A DNA stretch of 64,000 nucleotides from an uncultured delta proteobacterium (GCA_963762595.1 CAVXLI010000032.1:9951-73950); one strand, 5' to 3'; shown: positions 11,074-23,758, counted from the first letter of the stretch. The notes: generated by a model not told the origin, from the letters alone. Made by a program: numbers and translations.

Positions 11074-11094
11074 AAGTTTAGGAATTAATCAGTC

Positions 11095-11517
11095 ATGCGC
11101 AGCTTACGTAAAAGAAACACTGCGAATAAAGCTTTGGCGGAAATTAACGTCACCCCTTTGGTCGATGTTATGCTGGTTCTCTTAATTATCTTTATGGTTA
11201 CAGCGCCAATGCTTTCCATGGGCATTGACGTCAACCTGCCGCGGGTCAAATCAAAAAGCGTCGATGTCACCGAAGAAAAACTTGTCTTGACTATCAACGA
11301 AGCCAAAGAAATATTTTTGAATAAAACCAAGATGCCGCTGGGAGAATTAAATTCCAAGCTGGAAGCAATTTTTTCCAACAGGATTGACCGTGAAGTTTTT
11401 CTTCGCGCCGATAAAAATGTGCCTTATGGATTTGTTGTTGAAGTCATGTCGGAAGTGCGCAAGGCCGGTGTTGATAAACTCGGAATGATTACAGAACCGC
11501 CCGAGGGAACAAAATGA
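11095..11517 (+). CDS. tolR: Tol-Pal system protein TolR (ExbD/TolR family)
   Basis: Intact 140-aa ORF with INVTPLVDVMLVLLIIFMV. It lies next to tolQ. Confidence 0.85.
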   Translation: MRSLRKRNTANKALAEINVTPLVDVMLVLLIIFMVTAPMLSMGIDVNLPRVKSKSVDVTEEKLVLTINEAKEIFLNKTKMPLGELNSKLEAIFSNRIDREVFLRADKNVPYGFVVEVMSEVRKAGVDKLGMITEPPEGTK

Positions 11518-12259
11518 AGCCCCGGACGCTTAATAAAGGCTTTCGCGGCAATACCGGCGGCAACATTTACAACATGATTTTCCTCTCTGCAATAATCCAT
11601 TTTGTCGTTATTACCACAATTCTTATTTCGGTCCCTTCATCGTCGAGGCATTTGACTTTTGGGCCTGTTTATTCTGTTCAACTTATAGGTCCCGACATAG
11701 CTTTCCCCAGAAATTCATCTCTTATGCAGGACATTCTGCAGCCAAGCGAGCCGGCAAATTCCATAGTATTAAAACGGGAAGTTACCAGCGTTACTCCAAC
11801 GCCAACCAAGAAAGAAGAAACCAGCAAAGTAAATATTGAAAAAGCTGTCAGCGCAATCAAACTAAAAGAGAGCTCTACACCTCAGGCTACACCAGCCGCA
11901 AAATCTTCGGCTGCCTCGCCTAACACTGCAGGGGCAAATGTGCCTCAAGCTCAAGCGGCTCGCGCTCGAATGAATATATCGCATTTATCCAGTCAAGGGT
12001 TAAAGGTAATTGGACATTGCCATCGGCACTGTGGCCCAAGGATAATGTCGAGACAATCATTGAAGTCAGAATTTTGAGAAATGGCATAGTAGAACGGCTT
12101 AATTTTGAAAAACGATCTGGTAACCGCTATTTTGATGATTCTGCTATGAAGGCAGTTAAAAAATCAATGCCTTTTCCTCCATTTCCGGAAGGAATGATGG
12201 ACAATTACATTGAAATAGGTATACGTTTTCATTCTTCTGAATTGCGTTCAAAGAAATAA
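11514..12259 (+). CDS. tolA: TolA/TonB-type energy transducer (TM anchor, Pro/Ala/Ser-rich linker, TonB C-terminal domain), one frame break
   Basis: ORF 11514..12077 gives the TM helix and low-complexity linker. ORF 12017..12259 gives the C-terminal domain (RNGIVERLNFEKRSGNRYFDDSAMKAVKK). It sits between tolR and tolB. Confidence 0.6.
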
Positions 12260-12278
12260 GAAAGGTAGAAACTTTTTC

Positions 12279-13608
12279 ATGAAGAAAATATATTCAGCAG
12301 CAGCTTTGATATTATATTTCTGCACATCTCTGATCTTCAACAGCAATGCCGTGGCAAAAATTTATATTGACATTGATTCACCCTCATTCCAGCAATTCCC
12401 TATAGCCATTTGCGATTTCAGCAATTTATCAACACACCCTGCGGAATCAGCCGACATCGGCATTGCTCTTGCCGACGAGATCAAAAAATTATTTGGCCAT
12501 GACCGGTATTTTCAACATTTTAAACAAAAAAAGTTTTCTGGAAGAAAAGAACACTGTCAATACGGCAACATCAGAAAATATCCGTTTTTCCGATTGGGCA
12601 ATGATCGGCGCCGACTATTTACTCCGGGGAAACATAACCCAAAGCGATAAAAAAATTATTGCCGAGTGCCGTCTCTTTGACGTGACCCGGGGAGAATCTC
12701 TTTTTAACAAAAAATATCGATTCTAACAGTCGGCAAACAAACGGAACTTTCGAAAAAAATAGCTTCCGATATTTTACTTACTCTTACCGGTGATGAAGGA
12801 GAATTTAACACAAAAATCGCGTTTGTTTCCAAAAAAGCATCCAAGTCTGATATTTATACCATCAGCTATGACGGATCAGAGATAAATAACATCACCAATC
12901 ATCAAACAATTGTATTTTCGCCGCGTTGGTCACCCGATGGAAATTTACTTGCTTTTACCTCTTTTAAAGATGGTCACCCCAAAGTTTATATTCGAAATTT
13001 AAAAACCGGTACGGAAAGAAAAGTGGCTTCTTTTGAAGGACTTAATTTGTGCGGTTCTTTTTCGCCGGACGGCAAAAAATTATTATTAACTCTCAGCAAG
13101 GAAGATAACGAAGAGATATATGTTCTGGAAATTGAAACAGTGAAGCTCAAACGATCTGACTAATAACTATTCCATAGATGTTTCTCCAACCTGGTCGCCG
13201 GATGGCCAAAAAATAGCTTTTGTTTCCAATCGCTCCGGATCGCCCCAAATTTACACAATGGATGCCGACGGTAATAACGTAAAAAGGATAACTTATGAAG
13301 GTAATTATAATACATCCCCCTCGTGGTCTCCTCGCGGAGGCCGTATTGCTTATGAAGGATTGATTAACGGCAAGTATCAAATTTTTTCCGTGGATGAAGA
13401 AGGCAATAATCTCTTGCAATTAACTTTCGACGCCGCGAGGAATGAATCACCATCATGGTCACCTTCCGGAAGGCAAATTGTTTATAGCTCGAAAACAGCT
13501 TCCAAAAGCAGAATTTGTATCATGAATGCCAACGGTCTAAATCCAAGAATTCTCAATGAAAACAGCAATACCTTGACTATGCCCGCTTGGTCGCCGCGAT
13601 TTAAATAA
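12279..13608 (+). CDS. tolB: Tol-Pal system beta-propeller protein TolB, frame broken several times
   Basis: A signal peptide is followed by repeated SP(R/T)WSPDG, SPSWSP blades spread across ORFs 12279..12650, 12463..12726, a middle frame and 13258..13608. Confidence 0.85.
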
Positions 13609-13806
13609 TTTTTTTACCTTATGAACTGCATTATGATTAAATATTAAATGAGCTAAACTGTTGAAAAACATATCTACCCAGGGTTTCGGCATATATTTTC
13701 AATTATTTTGCGATAATTTTTTATTGACGGCAATGTGTTAATAGTGTTTAAGTACCGAACACTTTTTTATTATGACAACCTTATTTAGAATCAAGAAAGG
13801 AGAGCG

Positions 13807-14334
13807 ATGATGAAAAAGAACATAACATTGATAGGAATTTTTATTGTAGTTTTATTTGGTCTAACAATATTTACCGGCTGCGCCGAAAAAAAAGCGGTAG
13901 TTGCCGAGGGAACTGCCCAGGAACAGGCTGCGCCTGCACAATCAGCTGCGACAACTCAAGAACAGATCTGCTAAAAGTGGCACCGGCAGCAACAGCAGAA
14001 ACTGCAGTAAAGGACATCAATTTTGAATTTGACAAATCCAACATCCGCCCTGATGCCCGCGAAATTCTTAAGGCCAATGCCGATTTCTTACTCAAAAATA
14101 GGCAACTCTAAAGTCGTTATTGAAGGACATTGCGATGAAAGAGGAACTGCCGAATACAACATGGCTCTTGGGCAAAGACGCGCTCAGGAAACAAAGAAAT
14201 ATTTAGTTAATTTAGGCATTAAAGAATCAAGAATAAAAACTATCAGCTATGGCGAAGAACGTCCCTTGGATCCCGGCCACAATGAAGATGCCTGGGCCAA
14301 AAACAGACGCGCCCATTTTGTTGTTACTCCATAA
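13807..14334 (+). CDS. pal: peptidoglycan-associated lipoprotein Pal (OmpA-like domain), two frame breaks
   Basis: The lipobox reads [25 protein letters not shown]. Then come [15 protein letters not shown] and ORF 14023..14334 with [21 protein letters not shown]. Confidence 0.85.
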
Positions 14335-14352
14335 TAAAAATTATTATACCAG

Positions 14353-15180
14353 GTGAAAGAATTGAGAAATTCTATTTATCTTCTTTTAGCGGTTTTGGTA
14401 TTTTCGATTGCGGGCTGTGCATCTACTCAAGACTTGAAGGCAGTCCGTTCGGAATTAAACCAGAAAATGGAAGAAAAAATGGCTGCTATGGATGCCGAAT
14501 TGGCCGCCATAAAAAAGAACGCCGCAACTCTGGAATCCATGCGCAAGGGACAAGCCAACACAGCGGCGGATATTACCGATTTGCGGGAAAATCTCCAGCA
14601 ATTGCGCGGTCAGGTGGAAACGCTGAAAAAGGAACTCGCTGTCAACACAAAGAAGGAAGAACAAGCCTTTGATAATCATTCTCCTGAAAATCAATTTTAT
14701 TGAAAACTTTTTGGAAATAGGCAAAAAAGATATTGCCAGCGATACTCCCGATAAAAACAGTAAATCAACCGGGTACTGCAGTTGCCAAAGATCCAGGCAA
14801 AAAAACAGGACAAGGAAAAGGCTTATTCGGCCGCTTATCAAATTTTTAAAGAAGGCAATTATGATAAAGCCAGAACCGAATTTCAAAATTTTTTAGCTGC
14901 TTATCCGGACAGCGAGTATTCCGATAATGCTCAATTTTGGATTGGTGAATGTTATTTTTTTGAACAAAAATATGAGCAGGCAATTTTGGAATACGAAAAA
15001 GTAGCTAAAAATTATCCCAACGGCAATAAAGTTCCTTATGCTTTACTGAAACAAGGCCTTTCCTTCCTGAAGCTGGGAGACAAAACCAGCGCCAAATTGC
15101 TTTTACAGCAGGTAATTAAAGATTATCCGAATACCAATCAGGCACGCATCGCGCGTTCGAAACTGCAAGAAATCAAATAA
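14353..15180 (+). CDS. cpoB: Tol-Pal system protein CpoB/YbgF (coiled coil plus TPR), one frame break
   Basis: ORF 14353..14703 gives a lipobox-like signal and coiled coil. ORF 14782..15180 gives the TPR region (YDKARTEFQNFLAAYPDSEYSDNAQFWIGECYF). It is the last gene of the tol-pal cluster. Confidence 0.7.
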
Positions 15181-15204
15181 TAATTTCTTGCGAATAAAAA
15201 ATAA

Positions 15205-15238
15205 ACAAAAAAAGGGGGCAATTTAACCCCCTTTTTTT
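15205..15238. terminator. bidirectional intrinsic terminator between convergent genes
   Basis: An A-run, then GGGGG, the loop caatttaa, CCCCC and a T-run. Confidence 0.7.
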
Positions 15239-15249
15239 ATATTAAGAAC

Positions 15250-16054
15250 CTAATCCAGCAAAATTAATTTCACACCGTCAGGAATCGTCAGATCAAAAAT
15301 TGAGAGAGTCGGTTGCTTTTTCAATTTTAAGTCCGGAATATTTTACGGATATGGAAGTTATTCCATCAGCCATGTTGATGGTAATTTTCCCGGGAACAGG
15401 GCTTTCCGGCCTATAGTCTTCATAATTCACATGATATATTTCTTTGCCAAATTCATCTTAAACTAGCAAGTTTCAACAAACGATTATTCTCCCCCACCCA
15501 TAATATTTGCGACTTATCCTGATGGCGCTTTCATTTCTATACGCAAAGAATTTTTTTCTTGATAGCTTTGATAGGACATAATCTCTTCTATGAAAGGAGG
15601 ATAAGTGCCGGAAAAAATCATTACTATATCTTCAATATTAAATTGCCACGGCAAGAAACGCGCAAGATTTGCAGCGGTTGGCTTTCCGCGATAAAATTCT
15701 CCCCTGGAAGGAATAAAGATACTCATTTCTTCAGGTGAAGCAGCTAAGAAAAAAATCCGGCGTTCCGATAATCGGAAGCAGTTCCAACCGTAGATATGAA
15801 GGCTTTTTCATGACTATGGCTGCCCTTACCGGATGATAACCATGAGGTGTAACTAAATCAATTTGCGCCATAGCGCTCAATATGTCATTTTCGGCAATAG
15901 CGCCGGAAACGGCCGTCAGAACTTTTTCTGTTCGAGAATCGGGTTTAATGACTGCCCGTTGAATGCAACCACCGGTAAGCAATGCCAATAATAAAAGAAT
16001 CGTTATCTTGTTTAAGCGGGAACATATAATGTGCATAGAGAAAATATTTTTCAA
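15250..16054 (-). CDS. outer-membrane lipoprotein, LolB-like fold (tentative), frame broken
   Basis: ORF 15731..16054 carries the lipobox LLLALLTGGC and KKPSYLRLELLPIIGTP. It continues in ORF 15514..15726 and a third frame ending ...IFDLTIPDGVKLILLD. The family assignment is from weak pattern memory only. Confidence 0.4.
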
Positions 16055-16083
16055 AAATATATGCGGGTAATAAATTTCCTTTA

Positions 16084-17789
16084 TTATTTCTTCTTGATCA
16101 AATCTTCCAGCTTCTTTTGCAACGAACTATTTTTAGGATCAATCTTAAGCGCTCTTTTATACATTTCCTGCGCTTCTTTGATTTTGCCCAGTTTTACGTA
16201 AACATCGCCCAGATGCTCAGTAATATTAACATCATTAGGCAAAAGTTCCAAAGCTCGTTTTAAATATTTTACGGCGCTATCCAATTTGTTTTGTTTAAAA
16301 TGTACCCAACCAAGACTATCTATCATATAACCATTATCCGGTTTGATTTTCAAAGCTTTGACAATCATTTTTTCCGCTTCTTCCAGATTCATACCGCGAT
16401 CAGCATAACTATAGCCGATAAAATTAAGCGCCTCGGCGTTCTCCGGATCAAGTTTCAAAACTGTTTCCATTTCCTTAATGCTTTCCGGAAAGCGATTTGT
16501 TTTTTCATAAATCACACCTAAAGCATAATGCAAATCTACACTTTGAGGGAAAAGGTTGATTCCATCATCTCAAAATTTTTTCAGCCTTAACGGTATCTTT
16601 TGTTTCTTCATAAAGTGAAGACAAATAAAGGTATAGAGAAATCTGGTCTTTATTTTTTTTAAGGGCTTCATTTACTAAATCAATGGCCTCAGTTATTTTA
16701 CCTTCTTTTTTGAAGATCATGCCTGCATGAATTTGAGCACTGGCATATAATTCGGATGAAGCAGGAATTTTTCTGATATTCATCAATGGCCAATTTGTTA
16801 TCGCCTTTTTCCTCATAAGCACTCGCCAGTAAATAACGAATCCTGTTGTCATTAATGTTTTTTTCCAGAATTATAGAGAATTCCGCTACAGCCAAATCAA
16901 AGCGGCGCAGATCATAATATAAAATCCCCAAAGCGATTCGCACTTCGCGATTATCGGGATCAGACTTTAAGACTTCTTGAAATTCTTTTTGCGCTTCCTC
17001 ATATTTTTTTTCTTTAATCAGAAGTTCTCCTATTTTAATCCGCAAATTTACTCGCGCTGGGTTTATTTCTATATAATTCCGATAAACTTCTATAGCTTTA
17101 TTGATTTTTTTTTGCTTTTCGAATAACGCAGCCAAGTCAAATACAGCCAATTCAAAATATGGCTTTAATGACAAAACTTTTTTATACATCTTTTCTGCGT
17201 CTTCATACCGCTTCATATCCGCCAACACTTTACCATAGTAATAGATGCCCGTGACGTTGATCCGGATCAATTTTCAGCATTTTTTTAAAGGTTTCTTCGG
17301 CTTTGGCAAAATTATTTTCCGCGGCGTAAATTGTCGCCAAATAAAGATGGGCAACCATATTTTTTGGATCAAGTTCAATTACCTTTTTGTGTTCTCTAAT
17401 AGCCTTTTCATATTGTCGGAGATTAAGGTATAATCCGCCCATAATCAGATGGAGTTCGATGTTTTCCGGATTTTTTAGATAGGGTTTCTTCACCCAGAGA
17501 AATGGCGCGGTCGAGATCGCCCTTTTCTGTATACAGAGATACAAGCTCTGTAATAAGATAAGAAGAACCCGGATCAGCGGCGACAGCCTTCTCCAATTCG
17601 ATAGTCGCTTCCGTCTATTTTACCTTCCAGACGTAAAAGAACTCCCAATGAATAGTGATTCATAGCATCTGCTGAGCTATTTTCCGTATGTTCAGAGGGA
17701 AACCGAACAGTCTTTACATAGCTACAGCCGGAAATATATACGATAATTAAAATTGTTATTAATACTAAATAAGTTATTTTTCTCTGCAT
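16084..17789 (-). CDS. large TPR-repeat lipoprotein, frame broken about four times
   Basis: The lipobox is in ORF 17574..17789 (IIVYISGCS). TPR repeats run continuously through ORFs 17230..17544, 16698..17270, 16565..16852 and 16084..16533. Confidence 0.7.
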
Positions 17790-17840
17790 ATTGAATTTAA
17801 ATTTCTTTTAATATTTTTTCTTCTTTATTAGCGAACAAAA

Positions 17841-18806
17841 CTAGGAAGATCCAGAGGCAGCTTTTGCTTTAATAACCTGCGATACCGGAACAATCAATAC
17901 TCCCTTTTCCCGTAAAACCCTGGTCGCCTCTTTGATTGCCCGAATTGTTTCCGGATGCGGATGACCGATAACGATCAGTGGTGAAACATCGCCATTATTG
18001 TTGGTGATATTAATCAAATTATTGTAAATTTCATTGTAGTCACGGTTGTTATCAAGAAATATTTTACGGGCAGCTACCTGCAAACCAACTTTTTGAGCCG
18101 CAGCGAAAGCCTCACTATTAGCTGCCGTGCGCGAATCGATAAAAAATAAATTCTTTTTCTTTAATTTACCAAAAATTAAAGTAAGCTTTTCTTTATCTTC
18201 CATAAATTTTGAACCCATATGATTATTTACGCCAGAAATGTAAGGCACAGCCTCAATATCTTTCTCCAGTTGAAAAACCAATTCTTCATTGTTCATATCC
18301 GTAAAAAGAGCCCCGCTGCCCGGCTTTTCGCGCGGATAAGAAACTGGCTCCATCGGTAGATGCAGGAGTATCTCTTTGTTAGCTTTATGAAGCATTTCCG
18401 CTGCTTCCCGGCTATGAATTAAGAACGGTAAAACAGAATATGTTATATCGGCATTAATTTTCAGTAATTCTTTAACCGGTACCAGATCATAGCCTATATC
18501 ATCTATTATGATAGCTACTTGCCTTAGAGGCAAAGGCATCTTTCCGATTTTGGATACAATTATTTTCTTCTTTTCTTTTTTTTCTACTGGAATCGAGGCT
18601 GAAGTTTTTTCTTTTACCGGTCTTGCTTTTAGAGCTGGGGGAATAATTGCTTTTTGCGGTTCTATTTGCTTTGTTTCTTTTTTCTTTTCTTTAATTACCG
18701 GCTGTTCCTCTCTAACTTGCAGCACATAAATTATTGCCGCAACCGATATAATTATAAGAAATATCAACAATCCGTTGGAAAAACTGTTAAATCTTTTCCT
18801 TGCCAA
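17841..18806 (-). CDS. divergent polysaccharide deacetylase family protein (YibQ-like)
   Basis: Intact 321-aa ORF with an N-terminal TM helix, a Lys-rich linker, then VAIIIDDIGYD...HLPMEP...NNHMGSKF...IGHPHPETI. Confidence 0.8.
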   Translation of the reverse strand: MARKRFNSFSNGLLIFLIIISVAAIIYVLQVREEQPVIKEKKKETKQIEPQKAIIPPALKARPVKEKTSASIPVEKKEKKKIIVSKIGKMPLPLRQVAIIIDDIGYDLVPVKELLKINADITYSVLPFLIHSREAAEMLHKANKEILLHLPMEPVSYPREKPGSGALFTDMNNEELVFQLEKDIEAVPYISGVNNHMGSKFMEDKEKLTLIFGKLKKKNLFFIDSRTAANSEAFAAAQKVGLQVAARKIFLDNNRDYNEIYNNLINITNNNGDVSPLIVIGHPHPETIRAIKEATRVLREKGVLIVPVSQVIKAKAASGSS

Positions 18807-18831
18807 TTATAAAAGCCCTCTCTTAAAAGAT

Positions 18832-20158
18832 TCAGCTTCCCAGATTTTTTTTCATTATATCCCAGCTTTTTAGTATATCCACCGCCGTTTTGAGTTGATT
18901 ATCATGGGAAAGATCAGAAGGATCTTTGGCATCTTTAACCTGGGATTCATCAAGCTTTGTACCATCTTCTTTCGCTGGTTTTATATGTCCTTTAAGGTCT
19001 TTTTCTCTAATTCGATCTTCGCGCAACAAGTTGTTGTTTTCCGCGTCTTCCGCCGGTTTGATGTATTTGACAACAATGTCCGGTTTGATACCTTCGGCCT
19101 GTATAGATCGGCCATTGGGTGTGTAATACCGTGCAGTGGTCAGCTTGAGAGCGGAACCATCTTCCAAAGCAATAACGGTTTGGACAGATGCTTTACCAAA
19201 AGTTTGCGTTCCGATAATCAAAGCCCGGCCATTATCTTGCAGAGCTCCGGCAACAATTTCCGCTGCACTGGCTGTTCCTTCGTTGACCAGAACGACTATC
19301 GGACAGGTTATTTCATTACCATCGCTTCTGGCCATCGCCTTTGTCTCCATGTTTTTCGTACGTCCGCGAGTGGAAACAATAATCCCCGATTTAAGGAACA
19401 TATCGGAAACTTCGATTGCCTGAATCAACAATCCACCCGGATCGTTTCTCAAATCCAGAACCAAACCCTTCATCGGCTGGAGTTTTCCGCTAATTTCCCG
19501 CAAAGCTTTACGTAAATCATCGGCTGTCCTTTCATGAAAAGAAGCAATACGGATGTATCCTATATTATCTTCAAATATTTTGGACTTAACGCTCTTGATC
19601 TGAATGATCGCACGAGTCAACACAATATCTTTGGGTTTGGACATATTTTCCCGCATGATCGTAATTGTTACCTTTGTATCTTTAGGCCCCCGTAATTTCT
19701 TCACGGCTTCCATAATGGTAATATCTTTCGTTGATTTACCGTCTATTTTTATTATCTGGTCTCCCGACTTTACACCGGCGTTAAACGCAGGAGTATCTTC
19801 AATGGGAGAAACAACCGTCAAAACTTCTTTTAATATTGTGATTTCAATACCAATGCCGCCAAATTGTCCTTGTGTTTCCACTTCCAGTTCTTTATATAAA
19901 TCCGGCGTCATAAAGGAACTATGGGGATCGAGAGACCTGATCATTCCGTTGATTGCGCCCCGTATTAATGTCGATGAATCCACCTCGTCAACGTAGTTTT
20001 TCTTCACCATGTCGAATACTTCGTTGAATATCTTAATATCTTTGTAGACACTTTTATCGAGCGCGGAAACCTTGCTGTCATTATAAAGCCCCAGAAGGAT
20101 CAATACTCCCAAGACAAATAACAACCAGCAAAGAAAAACTTGTTGATATTTTTTTCAT
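18832..20158 (-). CDS. carboxy-terminal processing protease (peptidase S41), one frame break near the N-terminus
   Basis: ORF 18832..20124 has a PDZ domain plus VLVNEGTASAAEIVAGALQD and GTQTFGKASVQ. The upstream ATG at 20158 (MKKISTSFSLLVV) is in another frame. Confidence 0.85.
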
Positions 20159-20299
20159 AATATTCCTCACAATATTGAAGATATAATATAGTATCCTTAT
20201 TTATACCATTTTCTGTGATATTTTCCACACTTTTCGGAAACAAAAAATGAAAATATTAAGATTCTTCAGTTATGCTGGACAAAATGTAAAGACCCTGTA

Positions 20300-21781
20300 T
20301 TATTCGATTATCCAGTTAGTAGTATTATTGGAATCTTTCAGGATGACATGCATCTCAGCCAGTTCGTTTCTTATGTCATCCGCCCTGGCCCAATCTTTAT
20401 CTTTTCGGGCAGATTGCCTTTCTTTAATCAAATTTTCAATTTTCCCAATATTTAATCCTCTTTTATTTGATTCCCTTTCTTTGTCGGATTGAAAAAAATA
20501 GTCCGGCTCATCCTGAAAAACACCCAATACCGCACCAAAATGACCAAATAATTTCCTCGCCTTTTTTAAAATCTCAGCCTTATTAAAAGCTGTTGCATTT
20601 TTTTCGGCAACAATGAAATTATTCATGAACCTTACCAAATCAAAGACGTAACCTAATGCCTGAGCTGTATTAAAATCATCATCCATTGCGGCGTCGAATT
20701 TGTCTTCCAGCTCTTTTAATTTACTTATGTAATTTTTCTCTTTTGCTGAATTTTTATCTGCAACAGATGCAGTGGATGCAGGCATTTCGTTTAGTGTTTC
20801 TTTCAATAGCTGTAAAGCACTGTAACATCTGACTAACCCTGATCTTGCTTCGGCTAAAGAATTTTCCGAATAGTCAACAGGACTGCGATAATGACTCTGC
20901 AGCATAAATAAGCGCAATACTTCCGGGTGATAATTTTTTAGAATTTCTCTGACAGAAAAAATATTGCCCAAAGATTTGGACATCTTTTCCGAGTTTATCT
21001 TAACAAAACCGTTGTGCATCCAGTAATTAGCCAACGGTTTACCTGTAGCCGCCTGCGATTGAGCGATCTCATTTTCATGATGCGGAAAGACCAAGTCTTC
21101 ACCGCCGCCGTGGATGTCGAAAGTTTCACCCAGATAACGCCTGCTCATTGCGGAACATTCGATATGCCAGCCAGGACGGCCTTTCCCCCATGGGCTTTCC
21201 CATGAAGGTTCTCCTTCTTTACTTTTTTTCCAAAGAGCAAAATCCAACGGATTCCTTTTTTTGTCATTGACATCAATACGCGCACCGGCATTCATTTCTT
21301 CCAGATTTCTTCCGGAAAGACCGCCATATAAAGGAAACTTATCCACCGCAAAGTACACGTCTCCATCTACACAATAAGCATTACCTTTTTCTATCAGGAC
21401 ACTGATCAGAGAGACCATATCATCTATGTGTTCTGTGGCTTTGGGGGTAATCGTCGGAGTTGCAACTCCTAGAGCCACCATGTCTTCATCATGCAATTTT
21501 ATGTAGCGTTCGGCTATTTCTGTAATGCTGACGTTTTCTTTTTTTGCACGGTCAATAATTTTATCATCGACATCGGTGAAATTTTTGACATAAGTAACAT
21601 AATAACCTCTTGCCCGCAAATGCCTGACCGCAACGTCAAAAACTATCGCCGCACGGGCATGCCCTATATGGCAAACATCATAAGCGGTAATCCCGCAAAC
21701 ATAAATGCCTACAGCCCCCTCTTTTACGGTTTTTAGTACTTCTTTTTTTCTTGTAGCCGTATTAAATATTTTCTGAGACAT
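20300..21781 (-). CDS. cysS: cysteine--tRNA ligase
   Basis: Intact 493-aa ORF with CHIGHA (the HIGH motif), KMSKS, and WHIECSAM. Confidence 0.95.
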   Translation of the reverse strand: MSQKIFNTATRKKEVLKTVKEGAVGIYVCGITAYDVCHIGHARAAIVFDVAVRHLRARGYYVTYVKNFTDVDDKIIDRAKKENVSITEIAERYIKLHDEDMVALGVATPTITPKATEHIDDMVSLISVLIEKGNAYCVDGDVYFAVDKFPLYGGLSGRNLEEMNAGARIDVNDKKRNPLDFALWKKSKEGEPSWESPWGKGRPGWHIECSAMSRRYLGETFDIHGGGEDLVFPHHENEIAQSQAATGKPLANYWMHNGFVKINSEKMSKSLGNIFSVREILKNYHPEVLRLFMLQSHYRSPVDYSENSLAEARSGLVRCYSALQLLKETLNEMPASTASVADKNSAKEKNYISKLKELEDKFDAAMDDDFNTAQALGYVFDLVRFMNNFIVAEKNATAFNKAEILKKARKLFGHFGAVLGVFQDEPDYFFQSDKERESNKRGLNIGKIENLIKERQSARKDKDWARADDIRNELAEMHVILKDSNNTTNWIIE

Positions 21782-21799
21782 TTTTTTAACTTACTTTCA

Positions 21800-22837
21800 T
21801 CAGGGATAGAGCGGTATGTTCTGCAAACCAGCGTGTTCTTCAAAACCGCAGATGATATTCATATTTTGCACAGCCTGGCCGGCAGCGCCTTTAATTAAGT
21901 TATCGATTGCCGCTATAATAATGATCCTATTTGTCCGCAGATCAAGAACCAAACCTATGTCACAGTAGTTTGATCCGCAAACGGAAGATATATTCGGATA
22001 CGATCCGGCAGGATAAATACGCACAAATTTTTCTCCGGCGTAAAACGAGGAATAAAGAGCATGTAACTCCGGCAAATCAATTTTTTTCTTCAGTGTCGCA
22101 TAAATAGTGCTCAAAATTCCGCGTTTCACGGGCAATAAATGCGGCGTAAAAGAAATAGTAAATTTTTCACCAGCCAGTAAGTTCAGCTCTTGCTCAATTT
22201 CCGGAGTATGCCGGTGCTGGCCTATTTTATATGCTTTAAAACCGCCGTCGACTTCGCAAAACAGCGAACCGATCTGCGGGTCCCGCCCCGCTCCGCTCAC
22301 ACCGGAAGCCGAATCGGCAATAATACAGGACACGTCTATAAGCCTGTTTTTCAGGGCCGGCGCCAGACCTAAGATGATGCTGGTAGGATAACAACCCGGG
22401 TTAGCTATAAAAGCAGCTTTTTTTATTTCTTGCCGGTAAATTTCGGGAATCCCATAGACGGCATTCTTTAAAATTTTGCCACTGCTATGTTTACCATACC
22501 AGGCTTCATAAGTTTTTACATCACGTAAGCGATAATCAGCGCTTAAATCAATTACTTTCTTTCCGGCCTGAATAAAGACAGGAGCAATATTCATGGAAAC
22601 GCCGTGAGGAAGCGCCAGAAAAACAACATCGCTCGCTTCAGCTACCTCTTTAGGTGTTGTATTTTTATATTTTAATGAAGTCAAACCGTATAGCGCGGGA
22701 AATACTTCGGCCACAGGCATACCGGCAAACCGCCGTGAAGTAACTGCTGCTAATTCTGCTTCCGGATGTCCCAGTAAAATTCTGGTCAGTTCCTGACCGG
22801 TATAACCACTGGCTCCAAATATTGCTACTTTTACCAT
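21800..22837 (-). CDS. argC: N-acetyl-gamma-glutamyl-phosphate reductase
   Basis: Intact 345-aa ORF with VAIFGASGYTGQEL and NPGCYPTS (the catalytic Cys). A GGAGGA ribosome-binding site lies upstream. Confidence 0.95.
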   Translation of the reverse strand: MVKVAIFGASGYTGQELTRILLGHPEAELAAVTSRRFAGMPVAEVFPALYGLTSLKYKNTTPKEVAEASDVVFLALPHGVSMNIAPVFIQAGKKVIDLSADYRLRDVKTYEAWYGKHSSGKILKNAVYGIPEIYRQEIKKAAFIANPGCYPTSIILGLAPALKNRLIDVSCIIADSASGVSGAGRDPQIGSLFCEVDGGFKAYKIGQHRHTPEIEQELNLLAGEKFTISFTPHLLPVKRGILSTIYATLKKKIDLPELHALYSSFYAGEKFVRIYPAGSYPNISSVCGSNYCDIGLVLDLRTNRIIIIAAIDNLIKGAAGQAVQNMNIICGFEEHAGLQNIPLYP

Positions 22838-22849
22838 AAAAAATCCTCC

Positions 22850-22877
22850 AAAAAAAAGGGAGGCCTGAAGCCCCCCT
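22850..22877 (-). terminator. intrinsic terminator after rpsI
   Basis: The minus strand reads GGGGGGC-ttcag-GCCTCCC followed by TTTTTTTT, 9 nt downstream of the rpsI stop. Confidence 0.65.
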
Positions 22878-22885
22878 TGTTGAAA

Positions 22886-23278
22886 TTAACGCTTGGAGAA
22901 TTGGAATCTTTTCCTTGCTCCCGGCTGCCCATATTTCTTTCTTTCTTTGATGCGGGCGTCTCTGGTTAAAAAACCTGCTTTCTTGAGAACTGCGCGGAGC
23001 TCGGCATCATATTCCAAGAGAGCTTTAGATATTCCATGTTTTACCGCCCCTGCTTGACCGGCAACTCCACCGCCGCTGACGTTAACATATAGGTCAAATT
23101 GATCTTTTTTACCAGTAATTTCCAAAGGTTGCTTGATGACCATTTTCAAGCTGGGACGAGTAAAATATTCATCATAATTTCTCTTATTGACTACAATATT
23201 TCCATTACCCGCTTTCATATAAACACGGGCAATAGCACTCTTTCTTTTACCAGTTGCATAATAACGTTGTTCTGACAT
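22886..23278 (-). CDS. rpsI: 30S ribosomal protein S9
   Basis: Intact 130-aa ORF ending ...[17 protein letters not shown]. Confidence 0.95.
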   Translation of the reverse strand: MSEQRYYATGKRKSAIARVYMKAGNGNIVVNKRNYDEYFTRPSLKMVIKQPLEITGKKDQFDLYVNVSGGGVAGQAGAVKHGISKALLEYDAELRAVLKKAGFLTRDARIKERKKYGQPGARKRFQFSKR

Positions 23279-23329
23279 AAGCTACTCCAATATTAGATAA
23301 TTACTAGCTTATTTCCATCTCCAGGCAAA

Positions 23330-23758
23330 CTAAACGGACAAAGCATGCGGACACTGGGCTTCATGAGGATGAGCATTCCCAGCATAAACTTTCAGCTTTT
23401 TGAGCATTCTTCGACCTAGATTGTTCTTGGGCATCATGCCGGCAACAGCCATGCGGATTAAGTTTTCCGGTTTTTCCGCCAATGTCTTTCCGGCATTAGT
23501 TTCTCTCAATCCGCCGGGATAACCGGAATATGAATAATAAATCTTATCGTTTAGCTTTTTCCCCGTAAGCATAATCTTTTCAGCATTAACTACAACAATA
23601 AAATCACCGGTATCGACATGAGGCGTATAGATAGCTTTGTGCTTTCCTCTCAAACGAAGCGCTATTTCACTAGCCAGCCGTCCCAATACCTTACCGGAAG
23701 CGTCAACAATAAACCACTCCTTGTTAAACGATCCTGCTTTTGCCGCATAAGTCTTCAT
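23330..23758 (-). CDS. rplM: 50S ribosomal protein L13
   Basis: Intact 142-aa ORF with [27 protein letters not shown]. It lies upstream of rpsI. Confidence 0.95.
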   Translation of the reverse strand: MKTYAAKAGSFNKEWFIVDASGKVLGRLASEIALRLRGKHKAIYTPHVDTGDFIVVVNAEKIMLTGKKLNDKIYYSYSGYPGGLRETNAGKTLAEKPENLIRMAVAGMMPKNNLGRRMLKKLKVYAGNAHPHEAQCPHALSV